Assembly: GCF_006345805.1 (NCBI RefSeq)
Contig: NC_043006.1
Coordinates: forward strand, 73,532,001 to 73,596,000
Source of the DNA: Octopus sinensis
Taxonomy: Eukaryota
Direction: 5' to 3'
Length of the DNA stretch: 64,000 bases
Shown here: one piece after another, positions 25,700 to 38,330 of the stretch
Position numbering within the stretch: position 1 is the first letter of the stretch
Layout: the number at the start of each line of letters is the position of its first letter
Notes under the pieces: model-generated
Told to the model about the DNA's origin: nothing
Databases searched by the model: none
Seen by the model: the letters and a program-made list of their open reading frames with translations, nothing else
Made by a program: the position numbers and the translations under genes

Positions 25700-27190
25700 C
25701 TCTATTGATTCAACTAAATCACTGTGGTTTGGTAGTTTTTTTTTGAATCAGTAGGATAAATATAATGTGGCTGTATGAAATTATTCATTTGGCAGACACA
25801 GTAGAATTCTTGTGAAGTGATAATACTCTCTCTCTTGAGAAATAACATTGTGTAACGCAGTTGGAGTTATTGAGATTTAAAATTGAGTTAACTGTTTCAC
25901 CAAGGGATATAGAACATCATGATAAATATCGGAGAAAATTTCTACTAATACTTTATTTTTCCAAACAAATGCAAGCTTATCATTAAATTTCAGTTGTTCA
26001 GTTCTTACTAAAGGATCGCTTTTGCATGTGCGTACATCATTATTTTCATAAGGACAAACCTAGCGTAAATTAGTTAAGAAGGGTGTCTAGAGACAAAAAT
26101 AAAACGGCCATGCAGAGTCTCATGAATAGCGACCATTAGAGTCTCATAAAGATACCTGCTGTTTACATCTCATAAAATTCAATATGGTTTATTCAATAGC
26201 GCCTGAATAGACTTGATTTCTGAGACTATGAAATTTAGGTTTTATTTCGTAGTATATTTTGTCATTCGTACTTAGACTTTATGAACATCCTTTGTAGAAA
26301 AAGAGACATAATTTTGCTGTTTACGTAATGCAACGATCTTGTGACATTTGGGTTACAGAGTTCATCGAGAATATATTGAATGAAATTCGTAATCTGTTTG
26401 GGCAGAATAGCACACCGACGCAAACTTCTTTTTTTTTAAATTCGTATCGATAGAAAATGTCAAATGATGAAAGTTCGGTCCTCCAGCGTCTCTTTTTATA
26501 TCTGCTGCTTACCAATTTACGAGATTTATCAAACGTGAATCGGAAGCTTTGTTTGTCTGTAATGAAGGTAAAATGTCTCCTTAAAATGTACCGTTGCCCT
26601 TTACGTGTTCACTCACGGCAGCTGCTTTCTCAGTAGAAGGATACAATAATTCATTTCTGGAAAGGTTGTGAAGAAAATACACACGCACACACAGACCCAA
26701 ACACACACACACACACGCACACACACACGAATCCCTTCATTGTTATAATGTTGCAGATAGAACAATGCCTTACACGTCCACACACACACACACACACATA
26801 CACACACACACGCACACACACGAATCCCTTCCTTGTTACAATGTTGCAGATAGAACAATGCCTTACACGTTGGTCTCAACTGTAAATGGAACGCAATTGT
26901 CAGACATTTTCTATATCGATTTCAATTTCGTAAGAAATAACAGCTTCTTGGGGAATGAAAGAAAAAAACGGTACATTTTCTAAGAGCCTTGCATTATCAG
27001 AAAATGCGCCCGCTATTTGCTGTAATGACTAGCAATCCATTGATTTTTACGAGCTTCTTTTTAGAATATGGAAAGTTAAAGCATTTAAGAGGGTCCCAAT
27101 ATATCAGGACCAGGTGCTATTCTGTGGTCTCAAGGGTAATACCTGAGAAAATCTATAATTGATTGAGACCTCATTATTTTTACCAAATTA

Positions 27191-27351
27191 CCATATTATA
27201 ACGTGTATAAGGAACCCTTTTTTGACAGAAATTAGGTTAAAAACATATGGCAGTTTCTTATACATGAATAGTATTATAATCCCTTACAAAACCTTATTCC
27301 AAATTTTAAGCCCCCAAAATTAGGAGGTTCCTTATACACGTTAAAATATGG
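27191..27351. mobile_element. Tc1/mariner-type MITE
   Basis: 26 bp TIRs CCATATTATAACGTGTATAAGGAACC (25/26 match), flanked by TA on both sides. Confidence 0.85.
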
Positions 27352-27599
27352 TATATCTTCTCCACATAACAGAAATGTCTCTAAATTTCCATCATGATCT
27401 TGAATACGATTACAGTATACAATATGTCATTGATATATAAGTAAGCCGATATCAAGGTAATGCAGCAAAATAATTTGGTTTATCACGTTGAAACATGATT
27501 TCTGGTTTATGCACAAAATCTACAAATTTTGAATGGAGGATTAGTCGATAACATAGATCCCAAATATTTGACTGGTACTTTACTATAACGAACCCGACA

Positions 27600-28450
27600 G
27601 GATGGCCTTGAAGGTTAGAACTCAGATCATAAAAAACCGGAACAAATACTGTAAATTTTTCGTTCGACTCTCTATCGATGATGACACTGCGTTTGTACGT
27701 CCATATGAAAGATATGCAATTTGGTGCATTTGATTTTAAAAAGTGTTCGAAATTTAAAGACACGGCTTATCTCGTAGGTAAACCGTATCTTTAAACTGAT
27801 TGAAAAAGAATTATATTGAATCGTCCTAGAAATGGAATTTTGTCCATATGTCATTGAGTGAATAAACTGTTGTATGCGGTAATGATAAGAGATCTGTATA
27901 CAGAAGACTTTATTCACTGAATTATACTAAAATGTAATATCGGGTTTCAGTAACGAAAAGAAATCGGCTACCAGAAGTTACAATATTAAAAGGAAGTAGA
28001 ACTACACCATAAACAACACCAGCAGTAGCAGCAGCAACAACAAACAAACAAACAACCACAATGTTACATAGCCATAAGATTTACCTCTCACCGGTTCTGT
28101 TTATGATAAGCTATAAACAAAGACAAGATGTTATCAACTAATAAGCAGTCATAATGCAATTTTCAAATCCGTTGGTGAGAATGTGTAATATACCCAATTC
28201 CATGTAAGTATTAGTTATGGATACCGACCTTTGGACACAACGGTAAAAAAAGCACTTGATTCTGTAGAGAATAAAAAGATTATCTGTTGAGAAAACGTAA
28301 GGTATTCATTCACATGGTGTGGTCACCGATATAAATCAACGAAAGTAATTTTGCAACTCTTTTTCTCACCTTCGGAACTCTAAAAGACTGAATCGATAAA
28401 TATATTTATCTGAATCGTTAATCACCAGTGGTTGTTGATAATAGACAGGT
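27600..28450 (-). mobile_element. Ancient PLE reverse-transcriptase remnant; related copy at 32130-32770
   Basis: The two regions align (taaaagactgaatcgataa, aattttgtccatatgt). Minus-strand fragments SLF..VP, SIANTY.D, LVDN and VYR resemble PLE RT motifs with many disruptions. Confidence 0.45.
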
Positions 28451-29785
28451 TTCATATCGACCTGACTAAAATATTAATGATGAGATATCATATGGATTAA
28501 TTGGTCAATAAAACATACTGAAAAGAAGTATCGAATTGTGTAATTGTTGACATTGAAAAAAAAAAATCCTTGATTAGGTGTCAATCGTGATTTTCAGTTT
28601 TTGTCATTATGCTTTTACTTAAGGTCTCCATGGTGAGCAACTCAGTTCTACTCTGCCTTCTTTGACGAGGTGGTATATTCTGTTACCAAATGAATTTTCA
28701 ATCGCCCACAAAATAACTTCAAGAATTTCTAGAAGTAGTCTGAAATGAGTGAAATGTGTTGTCGTATGACTGGTTGAATGTTCAAGCAAAATAATATTTG
28801 ACAAATCTGGTATTAAATGTCTGAACTTGATTGCTAACACATATCAGTTTTTCTGACGGGAGTAAAAATTATTGCCTGTTAGAGGTTTGTACTAAGAGGG
28901 ATATTTTGGAACAAATAATGGCTGTTGGAAGATGAGGGTATCAAGAGATGATTCAAGGTTGAGGGAGTTAAGACGCCTCAGAATGACCGAGCTTCCAACA
29001 AGTCTATATTATTTAAACTTGCAGATGCTTGAAATGAGTTGAGGGATAAGATTTTGGCAAATTCTTGGAAGAACATATTCACAAATATTCAACCTGATTT
29101 GGATTTTGAAAAGTTCGAGGTAAATGACTTTCAACACATCTTTGTAAATGTTGGCAAATCAGAAATAACGTAATGGCTTGAAATTGACGAAGATGATCAT
29201 GTTCTCACCAATGAAGAAATTGTGGACAAGTTTTGCAGAATAAAAAGGTGATATTGAGGATGCATTTACACAAGCAGGGTCAACAATGTGTGATGTGAGA
29301 AATCTCAAGGACATAACTAACCGGGATGGAGGGACACCTTCTAACTCTGATATTATTATCCTTTACCAGTGTTTTTAAACTTTAACGCCACTCAAGAATG
29401 TTGAGACACGAATCTCTGGTCAAATATTACTTTCGATTAGAGACTGCATAAATATCAATGACAGATGTTTGTACAACTATTCAGTATACTGAATGTCAAT
29501 CGTGCATATATCCCGTAATTTTATCTTAAGCTGCACTGATGCCATCGCAACGTTGCCTCCGACTGGTTTTATGAATAAAACATACTGCTCAGAAATAACT
29601 TGGATAAAATTACAGTGCTTCCACTAACAAACAGAGTTTATGCTGTGTGGTATTTAATCAAAATAATAACGAATGCATGAGACAATGGATATTCCAGTAA
29701 ACATGCAAAACACAGTGTCTTGGGACAGGTTTATTACTTGATTTTAAAATTACTTTATATATATATATATATATATATATACAGA

Positions 29786-29812
29786 CTAGTTGAGTAACCC
29801 GTCGTTGCCGGG
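29786..29812 (-). mobile_element. Helitron-type 3' terminus (hairpin + CTAG)
   Basis: Minus strand CCCGGCAACGACGGGTTACTCAACTAG|T. Confidence 0.5.
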
Positions 29813-30066
29813 CAATTTTCATGATAGGATACCTTGGCTGACTTTCGGAATAGCATGCTCACGCAATGGCCTTCTTAGGCTCTCCAATATTTTGAAGTCA
29901 TAAACAGAAAGAAGATGGGTGAAGAAGGGGACAGCCTATATGCTAAACATAGACGTCAAATCGCCATTACCACGAAGAATGTGTTCTCAAGAAAAATCTC
30001 AGCTAAAAAAACAAAATGTAAAAATAAGCAAGACATATGAAAATATACGAAATAAAAAACCATTAC

Positions 30067-30140
30067 CTATGTACCATTGGTTTCACTTGTTAATATTTAC
30101 GTATATGAACACGGAAATATCTGCAAGATCATCAGCATAG
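30067..30140 (-). ncRNA. Type I hammerhead motif, canonical core, extended stem II
   Basis: CUAUG-CUGAUGA-U CUUG...AUAUUU...AAAUAU...CAAG U-GAAA-CCAAUG-GUA-CAUAG. Stem I is 5 bp perfect; stem III is ACCA-A-UGGU. Confidence 0.6.
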
Positions 30141-30145
30141 ACAGG

Positions 30146-30219
30146 CTATCCTGATGATCATGCAGATATTTGCGTGTTCATATACGTAAATATTAACAAG
30201 TGAAACCAATGGTACATAG
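30146..30219 (+). ncRNA. Mirror hammerhead copy with damaged stems I and II
   Basis: CUAUC-CUGAUGA-UCAUG...CAAGU-GAAA-CCAAUG-GUA-CAUAG. C-C mismatch at the base of stem I. Confidence 0.45.
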
Positions 30220-30388
30220 GTAATCGTTTTTTATTTCGTATATTTCCATTTGACTTGCTTATTTTTACATTTTGGTTTTTTACTGAGATTTTTCTTGAGA
30301 ACATATTCTTCGTGGTAATGGCGATTTGACGTCTATGTTTAGCCTATAGGCTGTCCACTTTTAGTGATCAGTCCTCTAAATTTTGTAT

Positions 30389-30441
<53 letters not shown>

Positions 30442-30504
30442 CATACATAAAATTACATAAAAGTAATGTAAACAGCAGGTTGTAATGTTTCATCAAAAAG
30501 GAGA

Positions 30505-31050
30505 ATTATACAAATGTGACCACGGTGTTAAAAAAACACCTACATTGCTAGAAATAGGAGCTAAAATGCTCTAATGCTGTAATTAACGCACATGAATGAA
30601 AACATATGCACCAACAGGGACCATAATTATCCGAAAAAGACCGGCCGAGAATTCTTAAGATTGACGCGTTAGTTTCGGCAATTTCCGTTCCCATCATCAG
30701 TTAAGCCAGCTCGGTGTTCGGCTATTTTCGGACCTGTTTCTCTATTAGCATATGTTTTTGCTATCCAAATTAATGGATAATTTAGCGATTCGCTAATGTG
30801 TATACACAAAATTAATGTAGACAGCAGGTTGTAATGTTTCACCAAAAGACACAAGTCCGGAGCTGGTTTGATTGTCGAAACTGACGCGTCGGCCTCAAGA
30901 ATTCTCGGTCGGTATTTTTCGGATAATTATGGTCCCTGCTAGTGTATATGTTTTCATTCGTGTGCGTTAACCTTAGCATTACGGCATTTAGCTATTATTT
31001 CTAGCAATGTAGGGAGTTTTTAAATACCTAGTCACATTTAGTGATAATTA
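30505..31050. repeat. Diverged inverted repeat (~175 bp arms), PLE-like
   Basis: 30505-30680 versus 30873-31050 (gggaccataattatccgaaaaa / tttttcggataattatggtccc). CTGATGA...GAAA on the minus strand at 30673-30700. Confidence 0.7.
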
Positions 31051-31070
31051 TTTATGCATATATGTATATA

Positions 31071-31492
31071 TTCTTTTATTTGTTTCAGTCATTTGACTCT
31101 GGCCATGATGGAGTAGCGCCTTTAGTCGAGCAAATAGATCCCAGGTCTTAGTCTTTGTTAGCCTAGTACTTATTCTATCGATCTGTTTTGCCAAACCGCT
31201 AAGTTACGGGGACTTAAACACACTAGCATCGGTTGTCAAGTGATGTTGGAGGGGACAAACTCAGACACACACACAGAGACACAGACAGACAGACACACAC
31301 ACATACACACACATACACACACACATACATACAACGGGCTTCTTTCAGTTTCCGTCTACCAAATTCACTCACAGGGGTTTAGTCGGCCCGAGGCTATAGC
31401 AGAAGACGCTTGCGCAGGGTGCCACGCAGTGGGACTGAACCCGGAACCATGTGGTTGGTAAGCAAGCTTCTTACAACACAGTCACTCCTGCG

Positions 31493-31494
<2 letters not shown>
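31071..31494 (-). mobile_element. SINE family A
   Basis: Minus strand ggcgcaggagtgactgtgttgtaag ... ggttccgggttcagtcccactgcgtggcacc. Confidence 0.9.
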
Positions 31495-31568
<74 letters not shown>

Positions 31569-31569
31569 T

Positions 31570-32100
31570 TCTAACATTTGTAACATATGCCATCTCTTCT
31601 TGTCTATTCTTTGCCGTCCTATTCATACTGCCCATTGATTCAAATTTCGTATAAGAAACAATAGCTGAAAGAGTATCTTGTTTCTTTGTAGCAATAGTAT
31701 TATTTACGAAGGTATCTTGATAATAAACGCTGGCATTCTTTTGTACTAAGTCCAATGCTTTGGCTTTTGTTAATACTGTTTCGAAACTAAATGTTTTGTT
31801 TTCGAGTAATGTGAGCCTTATACCAGCCAACATTATTCCAGAAATATAAGCAACCATTAGAGAATCTCTTATATACTTTTTCAGACAACACTGCCTTGAA
31901 GTTGCATCCATTATCCTGGAGTGTTGAAGCATGGAAAAATTTATCCAAGCATTCTGAAAATTTGCTTGCAAGATACAAGTTGTTATCATTCAAAAAGCAT
32001 CACCCACTGGTTTAAAGTCAATAACCTTTAGATAATTTATCCCGCTGTCGTAGTTGTTACAATATTCGGCAAATCCAAATACTTCATGCGATAAAAAGTT
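31570..32100 (-). mobile_element. Ty3/Gypsy-type gag fragment
   Basis: ORF 31471-31989 contains AYISGIMLAGIRLTLLENKTFSFETVLTKAKALDLVQKNAS, resembling the gag IRxRLLExxxLxxxxAxxxAxAxE/D motif. The ORF tail is only (TA)n. Confidence 0.55.
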
Positions 32101-33203
32101 TGTGAAATTTGAAATACGGAAGAGAAAATTTCCAAACGTACGTAAACCGGTGTTTGAATTCAGAAAATTGAGAAAGAATTGTATTGAATCATTTTAAAAG
32201 TAGAATTTTGTCCATATGTGATTATGTGAATAAACTGTTGTAAGAAGTAACAACCAGAGAAGACTCAATTCATTGAATGATACTACAATACAATATTCAC
32301 TTTAAGGAACTTGCTCACTAGAAGTTTCTTCGTTAAAAGAAAGTAAAATTATACCACAAACAACAAAACAATGGCCACCACGATACAGAGCCACGATATT
32401 TATCTCTTCCCGGTCCAGTTAATCAAGCAGTAATCATGAGCAAGGTGTTGTCAACTAATAAGCAGGTATTATACGATTTGGAATCCATTGGTAAGCATAT
32501 ATAATGTACCCAAATCTATGTAAGTATTAGCTATGGACTCCAACCTTTAGACACAACGGTGAAAGAGTTATTGACTTTGTATTGAATAAGAAATAGGAAC
32601 GAACATTCCCAAAGGGGAAAGGTGAGATCATTCTAAGTTATTCATTCACACGAAGTTGTTACGAATGTGCATCAACACATGAATAATTTCGCGATTTTTC
32701 TCTCGCCGCTGGAACTCTAAAAGACTGAATCGATAACGATATTTATCTGAATGGTAAATTTGCAAAGAAATATAATTATTTTTATTTCGAGCTTGGTAAT
32801 CCTTTTTTCTTTTCAGATTATCTTAGTCGATGTTATGGAATAAATTGGTGATCGAATTATTTGTATTTTTTCTAGTGGTCTTGTCGACCACATCTTTCAT
32901 GAGTTGTATTTACCGTTCATGAAAGCTGTCATTTACAAATAAAAAAGTGTACATACGAAAGGATGCAGAAAAGCTCCTGGCTTTAAGGGTATCACCAAAG
33001 GCCTGGTTGGAGGCCCAAATTTCCGAGTTCTTTTACAGGGCTGAGAAATGCAGCAATAAGTGTGTGAGTGGGAGAGGGGAATGTGTTGAATAAAATCATA
33101 ATTAGCTGATCGTCTTGTATTTTCTTTTAACTAAAGCCAGGTACTTTCCAGCACCTCTTCGTATGCATGTGCACATGCACAAATATATGTATATTCATAT
33201 GCA

Positions 33204-33294
<91 letters not shown>

Positions 33295-33295
33295 A

Positions 33296-33327
<32 letters not shown>

Positions 33328-33522
33328 CATACATACATATATAATCGGCCGAAACTGCTGAGATAATCTGGAACTCGACTGAGGATAGAAAGCTCCGAAT
33401 GAACCGTCCTTGTTTTTTCTTGTCCTTTTTTGTATTATCTAACTGTCCGGATGTTTTATTGTTGCCTGTGACGTTCTTGTTCCATTTTTTGTTTCCTTTT
33501 ATATATATATATATATATATAT

Positions 33523-33900
33523 GGAGGCGCAATGGCCCAGTGGTTAGGGCAGCGGACTCGCGGTCATAGGATCGCGGTTTCGATTCCCAGACCGGGCGTT
33601 GTGAGTGTTTATTGAGCGAAAACACCTAAAGCTCCACGAGGCTCCGGCAGGGATGGTGGTGATCCCTGCTGTACTCTTTCACCACAACTTTCTCTCACTC
33701 TTACTTCCTGTTTCTGTTGTACCTGTATTTCAAAGGGCCGGCTTTGTCACTCTCTGTGTCACGCTGAATATCCCCGAGAACTACGTTAAGGGTGCACGTG
33801 TCTGTGGAGTGCTCAGCCACTTACACGTTAATTTCACGAGCAGGCTGTTCCGTTGATCGGATCAACCGGAACCCTCGTCGTTGTAACCGACGGAGTGCTT

Positions 33901-33903
<3 letters not shown>
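33523..33903 (+). mobile_element. tRNA-headed SINE family C, long tail ending in an RTE-like 3' end
   Basis: A box TGGCCCAGTGG and B box GTTTCGATTCC. Ends cgtcgttgtaaccgacggagtgcttcca followed by (TA)n. Confidence 0.9.
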
Positions 33904-33974
<71 letters not shown>

Positions 33975-34001
33975 GTATATATATATAAACATACATATAT
34001 A

Positions 34002-35244
34002 CCAGGTGCGATGGGTAAATTGTTGTCATTTTACATTTTTTTATTTTTCGCGTATGCACAGCTTGCTTTTGATAGTAGGGTCAGTTAGGTGCCGTCGGAT
34101 AGAAAAACAGCACCATGACCAGAAGCTCCAATACGCCGGAAGCTCCAATACGAACATTTCAGAGTATTTGGGCGTCAATCTGAGGACAGTACAGAGGATT
34201 CGGGAAAAGTTGGATGAATCTAATGGTGATTACGAAGGAAAACTCACTCTGACCGTTCTGATAAGAAAAGAACTCCTGAAGTTGTTGGTGAGATCCAGGC
34301 CATGATTGACAACGATCCCTGCAAGTCAATCCAAGTCCATCGCCAGGGACATGGGAGCGTCTGAATTTCTTATCAGACAGTTAGCGAATGAAGGCATTCG
34401 GTATTCCTCATACAAGGTGGGAAAGGACCAATTTTTATTCTAAGCCATCAAGGACAGGAGGAAAGACCGCGCTACGAAACCTTTTTAACAAACTCAAGCA
34501 TTCCCTTCAACCGAACATGCTTTGGTTTTTCTCAGACGAGAAAAATTTCTGCCAGGATCAGATGATGAGCACACAGAACAACCGTTGTCTTTCCGTGTCC
34601 CCAAAACAAGTACCGAGAGTGATAAAAACCAAGCATCCAGTCGACATCATAGTGTTTGGAGTGATTACTAGTGATGGCGACGTTATGCTTCGATTATTCT
34701 TCCCACACGGCCTCACACTCAATACAAAGGCCTACATCCAGTGCCCGAAGGAGGTGGTGCTGCTCTGGATCAAGAGGGTGGCTGCTGGAACACCCTATGT
34801 CTGGCAACAGGACTCTGCACCATGTCACACAAGCAGGAGAACCCAGTCATGGCTGTCAGACAATTTCTGCGACCACATCATCCCTAACATCTGGCCACCT
34901 AACTCCCTAGACTTAACCTCCTTCATTGTTATGTGTGGGGTGCAGTTGAGCGAGAAAGCAACAAAACTCTTTGTAACACCAATGATGAACTGAAGGCAAG
35001 GATTATGGCATCATTTACCAACTTAAACAAAGAAACCGCCCAGAAGAGTTGCAGAGTTGTAGCAGATTCCGAAGTTGTCTGGAGGCTGTGGTTGAAGTCA
35101 TTGGCGATTTTATTGAATAAATTTACTCTTTAGTATTTCAAGATATTTTTTATGTAATTTTGGTAAATATATCTGTTAAAATGAGATGTCAGTGTTATTT
35201 TCATTTTTGCATAACTTAGACGAAAATTTATTTCCGGCACCCTG
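34002..35244 (+). mobile_element. Near full-length decayed DD37D (maT/mori-type) Tc1/mariner element
   Basis: WFFSDEKNF ... VWQQDSAPCH ... WPPNSLDL, with 37 residues from the second D to the expected third acidic position (decayed here). HTH-like SEYLGVNLRTVQRI. Degenerate TIRs CCAGGTGCG / CAGGGTGCC flanked by TA. Confidence 0.88.
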
Positions 35245-35339
35245 TATACATTTGCATACATACTTGTTACCAGTTGAAATATGCTTGAGGCATATTCGAA
35301 CCCGAAAGAAAGTGATTCACTGTAATTTGTGATGTAACA

Positions 35340-36200
35340 GCGGCCAGTAGGAATCTGTACACTACGAGTCAATGTAGCCTATCAGAGCCAAAGCCGCATG
35401 CGTACAAAATAATAAAATCACACCCATAAGAGACATGCATCGAAACAACTGCCTGAGCTATCAATACCAAGCAGTTCCTCAAGAACTTAACATACACCGT
35501 CTACCCGTCACCTGTAACCAAACACGTGCATCTCCAAAACACGAAAGTGGATAAACCACATAAGAAAGCCCATATTCCCAAGCCTGAAAAATGCTTCTTT
35601 AAAATTTCCTTACTTCGACGACAGAACAACTGCAGCTATACAACATGTGATCCGCAGGGAGGGACTTAATATACAGATGGTACACATTGGCGTATCCATT
35701 AGGAAATTTCTCTTGAGGAATAACACTGCAAATAGCGTCGTATGGTACATACTAAATAATTGCCCCATTACCGTTATTAAAACATGCTCGAGGGTCTCTG
35801 TGGTATATGAAGTAATCTGGAGTAAATGTAGGGCATCCTGCATGGTGAGCACCGGCAGGAAATTGCACATCCGTTTAAAAGAACACATGTACCTTTTCGC
35901 ATTATTCCGACCTTGTGGCCTGAAGCAGTTTCTTCTGCACTATGGGGTGCATTCGATTCTATTGCGTCCTTCCCCACCCACTAGGGAGTAGTACAGAAGT
36001 GAAACGAATCGATCGTTGCTCTAAACAGAACTTCCAGCACACTCTGTCTTCCGTATTCATAGTTTAGAATACACTCAACGCGCACTGAGGAATTCCTTAC
36101 ACATCCAGCAACAAAAATGCACTGCTCCGGACGGATAACACCCGGTAGCCGCAAGCGGTGAAAGTGTTCTGCATGTGCACTACAGGGGACGTTCCTATAA
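35340..36200 (+). mobile_element. PLE remnant with GIY-YIG endonuclease
   Basis: SVVYEVIWSKCRASCMVSTGRKLHIRLKEH in ORF 35647-35991 matches the PLE pattern VVY..xC..C...Y.G.T.R.L..R..EH. Confidence 0.75.
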
Positions 36201-36285
36201 CAAGGTTTGGATACTACACCTTAAAATCTCCCTCCTAAACTTTAATTTTAAATACAACTTATATTATACACACACACACAAATAT

Positions 36286-36353
<68 letters not shown>

Positions 36354-37884
36354 ATATACAAATACATATTTATATGTATACACACACACGCGCGCACACA
36401 TATACACATATATAGTTACCTACCTACACACGCATCCCCACCACCACATATATGTATTCCCGATTTCAGTGAGTAAAAGATCATTTCTGTTATATAATTG
36501 ATTTGAGCTTTGGAATCTAGTAAAGTTACATCACCAGTCTTAGAACACGATTTGCCACCGTAATCTTTGGATTCGATATGCCAAAATTTTTATGATATGA
36601 TGTCCAGAGTCCCTCCTGGTTTCTAATACTCTGCTTTCATTGAACAAAATTTAGAATAGAGTGACATTCTATTCAAAGGAATATGCGTTTACTAGTCAAT
36701 TATTGATTTGTAATTTTGGAACATGGGCCATTACGGTATCTTACATTAACGTAACATTTCATTTTCACAAGATATAATATTTTATTGTTATTTCAGTTTT
36801 TGAAAATAATACGGTTGTAATAGAGTCTCGGTTTTATATTCATACTTTGAATAATCACGAAGCATCAATCATTTAAAGATATTGTAATATAAGATTATAT
36901 CATAACCGGTCTCCCAGCCACAATTTCAAGTCAATAACTTGGGAATTGCTTCCCGTTAATTCCTAATCTATCATCATAAAAGTAATTTCCTTATTGCAGT
37001 TTCCGTAAATCTATTTACATTATAGTCGATGTACATTATACGCAATAATTTTTGAATTACAGAGTAACGTTATAAAAACTTTTGTCTGAGGAATTATTGA
37101 GAAAAAACAAAAACAAAACTAAGACTTATTTATCTATTGTAGCTGATCTTCTGATGACCAACCAACTATTCAATGGTTCGTATCATGTAAAGACGTTAAG
37201 GATTGCATATTGATCCAATCTAGCTGTAAATATTTGCTATGCGTAGGATCAGCTCACGGCAATAGGTAACAGGCAGTGATTTATTAACGAGCAGTATTGG
37301 ATTCCAATCCTGCTCGTTTATAAAAGCCTGAAGCGATCCTGAAATTAATAGGATCAACGGGGTTTTTAAATCTATTGTGTCATCTTCAACAGTGTAAGAC
37401 ATTTAACACCTGTTGGTTGAATCAATATGCTAGGAATAACTCACTGCAAACAACAGCCCGTGTTTCGTTAACAAGCATTTCATTAGCTTGCAGTATTAGG
37501 TTCCAGTCTTAGCAGTCAAAAGCAAACCTGAAATTAATAGAATCAACTGCGTATCATCTTTCTTGTGACGCTTTTAATGCTATAAAAACAGCAGATACAG
37601 TATTTGTTGAAGGTGGAAATCAACCACGTTAAATGATTCCAGAGTATGAAGGGTGTTAAATAACTAAAAAAAAAAAGAAAAAAAATTGTAATATCGAGTG
37701 TGCAATATAATCATGATTTCCAGATAATACAACTTTATTTCATTTACGTCAATGTTTTTAGGAATATCATGGACGACACGTTCTCCTTTTTCCTTTCTCC
37801 TTTATAATTTGTTCCAAATCAAAAAGACGCCAACATATAAAGTATCCGCAAATTAATACTTTTTTGAATATTTATTCCAACTAA

Positions 37885-38330
37885 GGCAGCGAGCTGGCAG
37901 AATCGTTAGCACGCCGGGCGAATTGCGTAGCCGTATTTCGTCTGCCGTTACGTTCTGAGTTCAAATTCCGCCGAGGTCGACTTTGCCTTTCATCCTTTTT
38001 GGGTCGATAAATTAAGTACCAGTTACGCACTGGGATCGATGTAGTCGACTCAATCCGTTTGTCTGTCCTTGTTTGTCTCATCTGTGTGTAGCCCCTTGTG
38101 GGCAGTAAAGAAATAAGAATCGTTAGCATGCAGGGCAAAATGCTTAGCAGTATTTCGTCTGCCGCTTCGTTCTGAGTTCAAATTCCACCGAGGTCGACTT
38201 TGCCTTTCATCATTTCTGTGTCGATTAAATAAGTACCAGTTACGCACTGGGGCCGGTGTAATCGACTTAATCCTTTGTCTGCCTTTCTTTGTCCCCTCTA
38301 TGTTTAGCCCCTTGTAGGCAATAAATAAAT
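37885..38330 (+). mobile_element. SINE family B dimer
   Basis: ggcagcgagctggcagaatcgttagcacgccgggcg ...; a second unit starts at agaatcgttagc near 38117. Confidence 0.92.

Larger units (their letters stand above)
29929..30356. repeat. Head-to-head inverted repeat (~212 bp arms, 5 bp spacer)
   Basis: Arms 29929-30140 and 30146-30356, with a handful of substitutions. Confidence 0.9.

Noticed and set aside
30120-30145. TATGCTGATGAT read as an RT YADD motif
   Set aside because: No surrounding RT sequence; better explained as hammerhead stem I plus CUGAUGA.
30661-30706. Minus-strand CTGATGA...GAAA-CTAACGC-GTC
   Set aside because: Stem I does not pair adjacent to the core and stem II is poor; at most a decayed relic.
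32819-32945. Acceptor followed by YLSRCYGINW* and a downstream AATAAA
   Set aside because: Too short to distinguish from chance and adjoins a PLE remnant.
33345-33420. CTGAGGA/CTGAAGA...GAATG motif, shared with 57005-57075 (minus)
   Set aside because: GAAA is replaced by GAAT and stem III cannot form; PLE-like repeat but no supportable ribozyme.
33523-33598. tRNA-like sequence with A and B boxes
   Set aside because: Continues into a repeated SINE body and lacks a proper acceptor stem, so it is a SINE head rather than a tRNA gene. The same applies to the family A and B heads.
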